Virus record (IMG/VR): IMGVR_UViG_3300030104_004642
Span: 32,001 to 96,000 of that record
DNA from: a virus
Length of the DNA: 64,000 nucleotides
Strand: one strand, 5' to 3'
Shown: piece by piece, positions 56,501-64,000 of the stretch
Layout: each line of letters begins with the position of its first letter
How positions within the stretch are numbered: the stretch's first letter is position 1
Program-made: the position numbers and the translations under genes
The notes under the pieces: model-generated
The model's database searches: none
Told to the model about the DNA's origin: nothing
The model's input: only the letters and a program-made list of their open reading frames with translations

Positions 56501-58180
56501 AAATGTTTTTGAGATGCCAACATTACCAAATACTGATTTTACATCACCAAGAGAATATTTTTTATGATCAACAAGTGTTCTACTAATTGTAGGATAACCA
56601 TTAAATATGAGTTGCTCACCTCTTCTAAATTCACCCTGCACACTCATAAGGGTGTGACCTGCACCAGTAGTGGCAAACTTAGTAAAACCAGTTGCACCAC
56701 TTTCCTGACCCTCAACTAATGTTGACTTAACAAGTGTAGCATCAATGTTTAGGGTTATTTCTTCTTTTAGTTCAATATCAAATAAGGAAAGATCCCAGGT
56801 GTTTAACGCTGAATTAGCAACATCATAGGCACCCTGTTCCAGGGCAAAATCATAAATCCTTGCTTGACCAATTTCTGCTCCATCAGCAGTGAATTTATTT
56901 TCTCCAACCCTTTGATCCCTTAGAGAAAGGGTATTAGTAGTGTTAAATCCAATAGGAGCACTACCAGTTACATTATTGACTGCTAATGTGGGTGCAAAAT
57001 CAAAACTTACACCAGTATTACCAACTGATCTTGTTGTTCTTGGTTTTGGAACATCAATAAATTGGGGTGATTTAATTTCAGCTTCATAACCCCTTACATA
57101 TGCTCTACCAGGAGATACTTGAACAATCATCAAGTCATCTGAGGGAACATTACCACTTTGAGTTGTCTGACCAGTTGTATAAACACCCCTATTACCCTCC
57201 AGATTGTTTAAACTCTCTTTGAGTTTAGTCTGCATCTCAGTAATATAGTAGTGACCAGATTCTTCAAATGTTCTTTTTGCTAATTCATTACCAAGTACAT
57301 TATACTTGGTCTGATTATTGATAGCATTCTTCAGTTTACCATTGAAGACCTCAGCAATTTGCACAAATCCCTGAGTGTCAAAGTCACCAACTGGTTTCTT
57401 TGCTAATGTGGCAGTAATTTTAAGCCTATCAGCACCTGGTGCTGTAAAATTATTAAAACCACTGGCATTATCATACAGTGACCTATCATCATCTGCTGTA
57501 ACAATCTTTTCTTCAATTTGGAAACCTATTCTATAACTAGAATTGGTCAGATATTGATCAAGAATCAGAATTTGACTATCAACAGTGACAAAATTTCCTC
57601 TCAGGTAGAAAATACCTGGACTTTGGATAAATGCAGTTCCAGTAGAGGCAGAACCAGAAGTAACTGTATTGGCAAAACCCTCACCAGCAGCAATAAATGA
57701 ACTTCCAAATGCTAATGCACTTTCTGATGTAAGAATCTCATCATCAAAGAAAGTTTCACTTGAATTTCCATCACTACTTGAATCTTCATAGTTCAGATAA
57801 AGGGTATAGTTACCCAATTCAGACTCTTGATTAGTAATAAATGTTACTACTCTTGCTGAAACACCAGATGTTCTTCCTGTGATCTTTTTTCCAATAAGAT
57901 CACTGAGATAAAGATTTACAGGAACACCCAAGAACTCAGGTTGAATCTGAATGCTTTGGAATTTTGATTTGTATGATGAATTTCCAGGAATGACAACACT
58001 ACCCTCTTTAAAAAGGTTATCACCCATTGCTTCAATCTGCCCTTGTAGGATAGATTGTATATTGTTTAACTCTCTTGCCTGAATTGGGTAGGCAGGTTTG
58101 AACAGTACCTTATTAAAATTTTTAGTTGCGTCAAAATCATCAAAATAAGGAGCAACATTGAGATTAGTTTCCTGTGGCAT
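50591..58180 (-). CDS. Very large virion/baseplate-associated protein (DUF4815/VrlC-like)
   Basis: NLNVAPYFDDF, ARELN.IQS, APGADRLK, RTFEESG, R.KNLEYYTSL, DPLAQTF. Confidence 0.85.
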   Translation of the reverse strand: MPQETNLNVAPYFDDFDATKNFNKVLFKPAYPIQARELNNIQSILQGQIEAMGDNLFKEGSVVIPGNSSYKSKFQSIQIQPEFLGVPVNLYLSDLIGKKITGRTSGVSARVVTFITNQESELGNYTLYLNYEDSSSDGNSSETFFDDEILTSESALAFGSSFIAAGEGFANTVTSGSASTGTAFIQSPGIFYLRGNFVTVDSQILILDQYLTNSSYRIGFQIEEKIVTADDDRSLYDNASGFNNFTAPGADRLKITATLAKKPVGDFDTQGFVQIAEVFNGKLKNAINNQTKYNVLGNELAKRTFEESGHYYITEMQTKLKESLNNLEGNRGVYTTGQTTQSGNVPSDDLMIVQVSPGRAYVRGYEAEIKSPQFIDVPKPRTTRSVGNTGVSFDFAPTLAVNNVTGSAPIGFNTTNTLSLRDQRVGENKFTADGAEIGQARIYDFALEQGAYDVANSALNTWDLSLFDIELKEEITLNIDATLVKSTLVEGQESGATGFTKFATTGAGHTLMSVQGEFRRGEQLIFNGYPTISRTLVDHKKYSLGDVKSVFGNVGISKTFSADIKQQKSFTLDNAKISADSAGVSTVTSAALSGNSFVGVVTAGNLITFERPGKLDPSMARIVSVGATSFAISGVTTITGVVDGELPTANFDVNDLRIVTTKLQTTSNSGNIAGNDTLFSVLPHNNVRSVDTLNSVSSFRITREVTISTNGDIGTIPVDDVLTQTWASFDPERYSLQSDDGVTQNLTADKFTFNSDRTTLNIQGLSHSNDGKAILIGEVIQNKITSKIKRKNIVKAIIVDKSNDPASGTDAVGLAGTTLNDGLTYGSFPFGTRVQDEIISLNVPDVYRVHAVFESVDVNQPLPPMMTCSNMTGPNANTTDVVIGDTITGNLSQAKAIILEKPGTTQIKFAYLNNKVFRDNEIIIFAKSGVQANVSDLTVGSPNITKNYSFDNGQRKTIYDLSRIVRHSGVATPSKKLLVYYGNLDYDPNDTGDFTTAASYINCDYGNDVQSVNGFRNSDLIDVRPRVSDYSVTAGAASPFEFDGRTFNNGNHSSKHIISSDQNTILKYDYYLGRADRVYLTRDGDIQVTLGAPADIPELPDVLPGSLNIANIYSPPYLFSVKDSKVKFIQHKRYQMTDIAKLDTRIKNLEYYTSLNMLEQNTLNTFVSDVNGLNRFKSGIFIDNFSSFTPQDVSIGIRNSIDPKNKVLRPAHYSTAVNLQVGNSTIAGIGTETDANTDSRFAALSGQGVRRTGDVISLNYSEVAEITQPYGTRVENVTPFLIDFYEGSVKLNPTTDVWVSTKEPEVNEGVGDVVIEGNFESIAQALNIETQDGDDGLRTGVSPVLWDSWETTGINFDLTGSTQNETFAAAAARTGRSTADLGLSGRNAQLSTINSTTIEGSVTIEQNRTGTQQTINEVLTEAASLGSRVISRAIANKMRERNIEFTATRMKPNTTVFAFFDNSPVTLRCTPKLTQITMNSGTFIVGETIQGTPVGQSDVTFTARVAQANHKYGAYNNPTDFYDSNPYLRGTNVASTYGTESSILNIDTASLASEENPEFSGNIETGMILRGQSSGAEASVQGINLQTDRVGTLIGSFNVPGPEEEDFAEFNTGRNVFKLSSSSVNNLIQGTTTTSAQEIFFSQGDIDTTEEVTLSLRNARVTTSDVDAEQQELDSDVNFDIINSRTLRPTPPPPPPPAPVWRGDPLAQTFKIDSKKGIYATKIDLFFQTKDTQLPVSIEIRETTLGTPNQKILAFSEVTLDPDDVNVSDDGTAVTTFRFESPVYLSSGRDYALVVMADTTTYNLWISRLGEADVTTLATEQGRVLVTEQPLLGSLFKSQNATVWTPSQYEDMKFVLHRADFVGSGNVQFYNPNLDKKNEQIRSGGVQALSRTASVGIGTTVNQISVSYPLVPGNRVTQQNTGATGILEQFTGIATGDLTITNPGIGFTPQSGELTFTGVALTALTGRGSDVTADLHIKDGIAIGATINAGGTNVVLGDVFAPLAFGTEELGDGMKLTVGIITANNRLIVSNVQGEFSTNANDFLEYDSTGGTRVALNAGVGGAVIPTDTTILEDGLHLKIYQRNHGMYSNTNRVKLSGLKSVEEPTLLLTDYPKSSTGAISIANTAGFDTFENVGVSNTNPGYVQIGTEIISYDGVTPGSGTSGSLTGIARAVEGNAATYGTNEVVRKYEFSNVSLRRINTVHDLSLVTKADPIGIDHYHIKLDMSDNGNGTNRTSIGGTFIPVENFVLDGASARGAKGTYNIPYSLIVPSVTSTSPEGSFVLASARTVSETSVSGREVSYVDQGFEDVQFNKKNYFTTQRMVASEVNQQNYLTTLPGGKSFTLNLDMLTYDKRISPMIDLNHSSVIFVSNRVDGPITNFATDPRVVGIPNDPNSMIYVTKNITLENPATSLKVFIDGYISTSSDVRMFYALDQDVSAAETKFIPFPGINNIDQFGRVINPAASNGTPDLPKEKNDNLTQTPAINDFTEYKFTMDSLPPFKSFRLKLIGTSTNQAIVPQFRNLRAIALA

Positions 58181-58186
58181 GATTTC

Positions 58187-59743
58187 TTAGAATTGCAAAA
58201 TGATTTTGACGTCTTCTTTCTGGGTTGTAGACCTTGTTACTGGTGGTCTATTGTCAACATATATGATATTGCCAGAATATTTTTTGGACTCAGGATTCGC
58301 AACTCCCATTGTAAATTCCTGACCCAGATTATATGTCTTACTATTTATTACAGTGCTTATACCTGTAAATGAAGTGCTGATCTGTAAAGTGGCAGACCCA
58401 CCAATAATGTCTACACCTCCTCCTGTGTTAGTCTTAGCATCTCCATCAAATAGTATGTTATTGAAACCATATTCTGGACTTACATTTTGTGTTCCATCAG
58501 AGTTAAAACCTACATTCGTCCTATCCTGCCAATATTTCAATACTCCTGTTGTCTGGTCATATGAAACAACTCTACCAACAGCAGTTGACCCAACTCCAAT
58601 TGTTTGAGTGATTTCAGAGTCAGGACTATACACAACAGAACTATAACCTGTTCCTGTCAACCTAAGGGCATAAGTTGCTGCTGCCTTGTCTGATGATAAA
58701 AGACTGGTTGAACCAAACTGTTGTGGATTCTCCACAAGTCCAACCCTGGCAAATTGATTACCAGTGATAAAATCTGGATTATCAATATCATTATCATATC
58801 TTGCATAAGTAAGAACATTAAATGCTCCTAACTCAGTGTAAATATCATGACCATGACCACCTGGTGGGGGAATAATCACATTAAAAACTGGTGCTGTTGT
58901 ACCAGTCAAACCTTTCTCTGAAAGATCAATTGTTCCAAAAGTATAACCTGAACCACCTTGAGTAACCACAACTGATTGAACCTTACTGTCAGCATTAATG
59001 ACAACAGTTGCTTTACCATCAGATCCATCACCTTTAATTGACACATTAGTGTAGGTATTGGCATTACCCAATCCAGCACCTCTGTTTCTGATTGTGATAA
59101 CTTTGAGTTGTCCACTGGAAGCAGCATTAGCTTTTACAGTGCTTGTATCAGTTGTATTGCCCCAATCATTTGGGACTGGGATGTAATTAGTTGAATCAAA
59201 TTTTATGGCATCACTTGGTTTGATAGTATAGAGATACTTCCAAATATATCCATCACCACTGGAACCTGCTGCTCTGGGTTCTAAATCAGTAAATGTTGGT
59301 TCATCAAGTGAGGGACTTCCTTTAAAATTGTTTTCTGGAAGGGCATTATTATAAAGACAAATATAAACTCTAAAATCACTATTCATTACAAAGAAATTTG
59401 CTGAATAGATGTTAAATGAACCAGATGGTTGTGAGGGGTTTGCCCTTGTAATATCATTTCTCCACATATCATAGATGTTGCCAGAAGACCAAGTATTCTT
59501 GGTAACAACCTGTGCCACATCACCAGAATTTACCTTTTTCAAGGCAATCATTGTGTCCCAATAATCATTGGTTTGATCTAAACTATCTTTGGGGGATGGG
59601 GGAGAAGCCTCCCAAGTAGATGAATAATCAGTCGCATTGGGAAGACCAATGAATGTATAATAAGAATTTGAGGAGGATTGAACTCCTGCCACAAAGTTCT
59701 TAGCATTCAAAATACGAAGCTGATCAGTTATAATCGCAGCCAT
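58187..59743 (-). CDS. g8: Baseplate wedge subunit (gp8)
   Basis: AIITDQLRI.NA, VYICL.N, DGYIWKYLYTI, SGNIIYVDNR...QKEDVKIILQF. Confidence 0.92.
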   Translation of the reverse strand: MAAIITDQLRILNAKNFVAGVQSSSNSYYTFIGLPNATDYSSTWEASPPSPKDSLDQTNDYWDTMIALKKVNSGDVAQVVTKNTWSSGNIYDMWRNDITRANPSQPSGSFNIYSANFFVMNSDFRVYICLYNNALPENNFKGSPSLDEPTFTDLEPRAAGSSGDGYIWKYLYTIKPSDAIKFDSTNYIPVPNDWGNTTDTSTVKANAASSGQLKVITIRNRGAGLGNANTYTNVSIKGDGSDGKATVVINADSKVQSVVVTQGGSGYTFGTIDLSEKGLTGTTAPVFNVIIPPPGGHGHDIYTELGAFNVLTYARYDNDIDNPDFITGNQFARVGLVENPQQFGSTSLLSSDKAAATYALRLTGTGYSSVVYSPDSEITQTIGVGSTAVGRVVSYDQTTGVLKYWQDRTNVGFNSDGTQNVSPEYGFNNILFDGDAKTNTGGGVDIIGGSATLQISTSFTGISTVINSKTYNLGQEFTMGVANPESKKYSGNIIYVDNRPPVTRSTTQKEDVKIILQF

Positions 59744-59763
59744 TTTATTAGGACTTTTTTGTT

Positions 59764-59771
59764 TATTTATA
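59764..59771 (-). promoter_or_regulatory. Late promoter TATAAATA upstream of g8; further (TA)TAAATA copies at 5322, 15952, 21703, 22950, 26892, 27158, 28841, 31791, 41840, 46316, 47715 and 49990
   Basis: gp55-type -10 element in short intergenic gaps, often overlapping the upstream stop codon. Confidence 0.8.
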
Positions 59772-59776
59772 GGGGA

Positions 59777-62700
59777 TTAGATATAGTTTTTAAATTTCAG
59801 TGATTCAGTTCTATTGACAAGAGCAGATGTGGATATACCACTTACACCATCCTGACCATAGAAGTCAAAAGTTTGTGGATTCACTCTTTCAGCAAATTCA
59901 ATCTTACCCCAACTAAAACTTCCTTCATCAAAACTTGTAGTGTGAGCAATACCTGGACCAAATGTGTCAACATTACAAACAATTCTTCTAACTGATGTCA
60001 CAACACCAACATTGGTTTCATGAACAACTTCAACTCTCTCTGTTGTTGCTGTGGCAACCTGATAAACACAATCTAAGAATGTTGTAGCAACAGAAACAGG
60101 TGAAGCAAATGTACTACCTATTGATACATGAGTATTTTGAATTACAACATAGTCACCAGCAGACAGGGTGCTTACTGTGATAGCAGTTCCTACAAGAGAG
60201 GCATCTCTCATAATGGAATTGATTGGAATATAGGTGTCAAAGAACAATTGTGGGTTGGAACTACTACCAGTGCTACCAAGACCAACTATGACTCCACTAT
60301 CACCAGTGTAGGAATTGACATTAATTGTTTCATGAGTTAATTTTGGTTCCTCAATCAATACAAGTGGAGCAGCAGAATAACCTGCACCACCATCAGTTAC
60401 AGTCAGTGAGGTAACAGATCCATTAGTAATTGTTGCTATACCAGTTGCTCTTGTGGTGGTTCCAGCAATTGAAACCTCAGGAGCAGCAGCATATCCTTGA
60501 CCAGCATTTGTAATAGTAAGGGCAGTGATAGTTCCTGCTGTGCTTACTGTGGCAGTTGCTGTAGCACCTTCAACTGTATTTTGTGAAGTAAGAGTAATAT
60601 TGTCTTGGAATGCCCTATCATTTGTTTCATTATTGCCATCAAACAAGGGTCTTACAGAATCAACATAAGCAACTGTTGAACCAATGCCTACTGATGATGT
60701 AAGGAATGAGGTTGGGAAGATATTAGGTTCATACTTGACCCTATCCTTACCAACAAATTTACCATTAATTTTTCTATCAATGGTCTGCTTACACCATTTC
60801 ACTGGTCTGTTGATGGTCTTATCAATTGCTAAACCAGGACCATCATAGAAGTTGGTTTTAGATGCATCAACTGTTGTGATACCAGTGATTACTCTCTCAT
60901 TCTGATTAAGATTGGGTGTTTGATCATTTTCAACATCAGCAGATAGTTCAACAGAGTCACCAATCTTAATAGTTTCAAGAACATCTCTGAAAACAACATC
61001 AGTTGCACCAGCACCCTTGTAAAATAGGATTCTTGATGTATCACCCTCTGGAATACCTGATCCTGGACCCTTAGGTGCTTCATTGAATGTGATCAGACTT
61101 CCACCCTCAAATGTGTAGGATACACCAGGTACTTGAAGAATATCATTGATAAACACCAAGATTGTTTGATTAACTTCAATATTTGAATCTCTTGCTGCCA
61201 CAATTGAAACTGGTTCACCTTGTAATGTGAGTGGGAATACTCTATTGATTCCATTAAAATTATCATCAATTCTGTCAAGAACTTGGAACTCACCTGGTGA
61301 GAAAGCATTAAATGAATCACTGTAAATATCTTGAATAGTGATTTGGAATTCATTAAATGAAATTGAGGAATCAAGAGGAATACCTGTAGTGCCACCAGTG
61401 GGAACAGTCAGTATTTCATTTTTTCCAAATCCAAAACCAAAGTTATTAATTTCAAATTCAATTACATTTGAACCCTGACCAACCTTTATATCAACAGTAG
61501 CACTTTGACCAACACCTGTTGTGGAACTTGATGAGTATTCAAGAGGGATACCTTTATAACTCAGTGGTTGATCAATAACAACAATTGGAGGATTAGTAGT
61601 TGTATATCCAGATCCAGGATTTGTTATGTTAATGCTTGTAATATTACCATTAGTCACAACTGCCTCACCAACATGGGTGAGAACAGGAATAACACCATCA
61701 TATGTCTGTACACCCACATTGTAAGCAGTAACAACACCAGTCCTATAACCAGAACCACTGTTTCCAATACTGACTGATTGAATAGATCCAGTGAGTGAGA
61801 CAACAGCAGTACCACCAGCACCAACAAGGGGTTGATATCCAGATCCTTCTGAGGAACCAACTGAAACAATCATTCCACCAATAGGAAGATTGCCAAGGTT
61901 TTGATCATAACCAGTAGCAGTGCCAATATTACTTCCAGTAAATTGAGCAGTTGTTACACCAGCACTTTCAAAGTTCTGGTATTCTCCTTCCTCAAGAACC
62001 TGAACACCCTGTGGTGATTGGAATATATTATTGACAAGAACAATTGTATTTGATGTAATACCAGTTACATCTGCCCCATTGTTCTTCAGAATAAATTCAC
62101 TTGTAATACCTGTGAACTGTTCAGATACATCATCAAAGACAAAGTTATCATTATATGTCTCAACAGTTCCACCTGTTGCACCTCTCTTGGTGAATACTCT
62201 TCCACTAAATGTAGATTTGGTAGAAATGTCAGTATAATCCCTTTCATCAGGTGCTGCTGTGGTTGTTGAAAGTGGAACATTTCCAAATGGAGCACTTACA
62301 AAATTAATTGTATTACCACTGATGTTGAAATTACCAACAAACTTCTCAATAGTTGCTCCCCCTGAGTGAGGGGCAATTGTAGAACCAAGGATGGGTCTCT
62401 CAACAAAAATAGTTGTACCAGTTCCAGTAGAGCTGGTAACCCTCATAAATTCATCATCTATCTTAATGATGTCATTTGCTGAAATTGTAGTAATTCCACT
62501 TGTTTTGAAGTCAGTGTCAAATACAATACCATTAGTGAGAGATGCAGTAATTCCAGTTCTTGTAAGAGGTGCCTGAATCATGTTATCAACAGAAACAAGC
62601 ATTTTAGTATTCTGTTTAGTGGCAGTAATGAAATGTGAATTTCCAACACCTACACCAGAGAACACAATTCTATTAGGATTAACCTGTAAAGCATCAGCAG

Positions 62701-64000
62701 CAGAGGTGCAGAATCCAATTTTAAAATCATTGACCTTACTTACAAAAAGATCTGTGGGCAACAGGGTTGTTGAACCAACACTTCCACCAAAATCTGTTGA
62801 AACAATCTCTATTCTTTGATCAGTGCCAGTAACTGTGTACTTGACTGCCTCACCACTCTGGAAGAAGTGATTGGAAGATATAATTACATTATCATCAGTA
62901 TTAACACCAGTAACACCATTAAACTGTCTTGTAAAGATTGGATCACCTTTGTGCAACAGATTGAAATTTGTTCTTATATCAGATTTTGTACCAAAATAGT
63001 TACCAACTTGTGTCTTAAAGAGACCATCATTGTAATCAATTTGTGACAAGGTATTAGATGGCTGAATTTCTCTTAGATCAACAAAGAAGTTCTTAACTTC
63101 AACAGCAATACCTGGATTAGGTGTATAAACAACATTTACAAAGTTACCAGATGTTGTAACACCAACAGTTCCAAGACCAGCATTTGTAGCAACATTGGCA
63201 AATTCAACATATTGTTGAGTTGGTATGGTAAGTGCATTCAATACACCAAGTTCAAATATTTCATGATGATTGTTTGATGTATCCTCAACAGTTATTACCT
63301 GATAAGAAGCAGCATACTTCTCATCAACAGATGCTGTGTCATAACTGCTTATAATATGAGCAGTTGGTGATCCAGAGGAGGCAATTGATGTATATCCACT
63401 ACCAACCCTGGCAGTGGTCATTGAGGTAAATCCAGTGAATGAAGTACCCCTAACAGCAGAGACAACCTGACTATATGATGTTGCTGCAATCCCTGCACTT
63501 GGATGGAATTTGAGAACTACATTGACACCACTTATCTCAGCACTGTAGGTTCCAATACCACCAAGATACAATGAAGAGTTAGTTTCATCAATATTGTTAT
63601 ATTCAACAATTGAACAATCAGTATCATTATGAATGATATTCAGTTCAGCAAAATGATGATCATCACCATGGGTAAGAAGGTTTAGAACCTTCATTGATCT
63701 ATAACTGGTTCCCACAGAAACAATGTTAGTGATAGTGCCAGTTGGTACATTGACCTCCTGGGTTTCAAATTCAATGATATCACCAAATGATGATGTACCA
63801 GCACCTACCAACTCAGGACCAATGGCAAAGGCAAAGGATGAAACAAAGTAATTATTAACTGTAAATTTGACTGGATGGAACTCAAAATCAAATTCACCTG
63901 TACCTGCTGTAATATCAAAGAATCCCAGATCTGGATGTGTGTGTAACTTGGCATAACTGGTCATGTATGCCAATTCATCATCAACAACAGCAGTTGATAC
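59777..64000 (-). CDS. Large baseplate wedge/virion protein (gp7 position), 5' end beyond the window
   Basis: Frame is open to the right edge; FDDVSEQFTG, G.GY repeats, FSWGKI near the C-terminus; directly upstream of g8. Confidence 0.8.
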   Translation of the reverse strand, partial: VSTAVVDDELAYMTSYAKLHTHPDLGFFDITAGTGEFDFEFHPVKFTVNNYFVSSFAFAIGPELVGAGTSSFGDIIEFETQEVNVPTGTITNIVSVGTSYRSMKVLNLLTHGDDHHFAELNIIHNDTDCSIVEYNNIDETNSSLYLGGIGTYSAEISGVNVVLKFHPSAGIAATSYSQVVSAVRGTSFTGFTSMTTARVGSGYTSIASSGSPTAHIISSYDTASVDEKYAASYQVITVEDTSNNHHEIFELGVLNALTIPTQQYVEFANVATNAGLGTVGVTTSGNFVNVVYTPNPGIAVEVKNFFVDLREIQPSNTLSQIDYNDGLFKTQVGNYFGTKSDIRTNFNLLHKGDPIFTRQFNGVTGVNTDDNVIISSNHFFQSGEAVKYTVTGTDQRIEIVSTDFGGSVGSTTLLPTDLFVSKVNDFKIGFCTSAADALQVNPNRIVFSGVGVGNSHFITATKQNTKMLVSVDNMIQAPLTRTGITASLTNGIVFDTDFKTSGITTISANDIIKIDDEFMRVTSSTGTGTTIFVERPILGSTIAPHSGGATIEKFVGNFNISGNTINFVSAPFGNVPLSTTTAAPDERDYTDISTKSTFSGRVFTKRGATGGTVETYNDNFVFDDVSEQFTGITSEFILKNNGADVTGITSNTIVLVNNIFQSPQGVQVLEEGEYQNFESAGVTTAQFTGSNIGTATGYDQNLGNLPIGGMIVSVGSSEGSGYQPLVGAGGTAVVSLTGSIQSVSIGNSGSGYRTGVVTAYNVGVQTYDGVIPVLTHVGEAVVTNGNITSINITNPGSGYTTTNPPIVVIDQPLSYKGIPLEYSSSSTTGVGQSATVDIKVGQGSNVIEFEINNFGFGFGKNEILTVPTGGTTGIPLDSSISFNEFQITIQDIYSDSFNAFSPGEFQVLDRIDDNFNGINRVFPLTLQGEPVSIVAARDSNIEVNQTILVFINDILQVPGVSYTFEGGSLITFNEAPKGPGSGIPEGDTSRILFYKGAGATDVVFRDVLETIKIGDSVELSADVENDQTPNLNQNERVITGITTVDASKTNFYDGPGLAIDKTINRPVKWCKQTIDRKINGKFVGKDRVKYEPNIFPTSFLTSSVGIGSTVAYVDSVRPLFDGNNETNDRAFQDNITLTSQNTVEGATATATVSTAGTITALTITNAGQGYAAAPEVSIAGTTTRATGIATITNGSVTSLTVTDGGAGYSAAPLVLIEEPKLTHETINVNSYTGDSGVIVGLGSTGSSSNPQLFFDTYIPINSIMRDASLVGTAITVSTLSAGDYVVIQNTHVSIGSTFASPVSVATTFLDCVYQVATATTERVEVVHETNVGVVTSVRRIVCNVDTFGPGIAHTTSFDEGSFSWGKIEFAERVNPQTFDFYGQDGVSGISTSALVNRTESLKFKNYI

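Noticed and set aside
40-63046. Numerous 60-160-aa plus-strand ORFs in the track
   Set aside because: All lie antisense to well-supported minus-strand genes and lack protein-like motifs
1-64000. tRNA, rRNA, CRISPR array, transposase or integrase
   Set aside because: None recognisable; intergenic gaps are short and accounted for by promoters and terminators (tRNAscan-SE would be the definitive check)

Overview
64-kb segment of a T4-like cyanomyovirus (Kyanoviridae-type, probably infecting marine Synechococcus or Prochlorococcus), with essentially all genes on the minus strand. Left part (1-22.3 kb) is the replication/recombination module: g41 (partial), uvsX, g43, hsp20, regA, g62, dam, g44, g45, cobS-like AAA plus vWA partner, g46, g47, g55, uvsW, uvsY. 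It is interspersed with host-like genes (psbN, purS, speD), an MBD4-like DNA glycosylase and many micro-ORFs. Right part is the virion module: g3, g23-g17, purM, a variable ~10.6-kb island between g17 and g16, g16-g13, a 2529-aa virion protein, g8 and a partial g7-like gene. The most striking unexplained signal is extreme CpG depletion (by eye about 8 CG in a 7.6-kb gene and none seen in the last ~4.2 kb) with CG-richer mosaic patches. It co-occurs with an MBD4-type T:G glycosylase fused by gene overlap to a Dam methylase, which suggests an unusual CpG-methylation/repair or CG-avoidance regime. Also found: an unannotated psbN, a ROSE-like thermometer hairpin before hsp20, a terminator that doubles as a consensus sigma70 promoter, and a divergent promoter pair at g55. 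No tRNA, CRISPR array, intron or intein was seen. All counts are manual and all family assignments come from motif recognition, not database searches.
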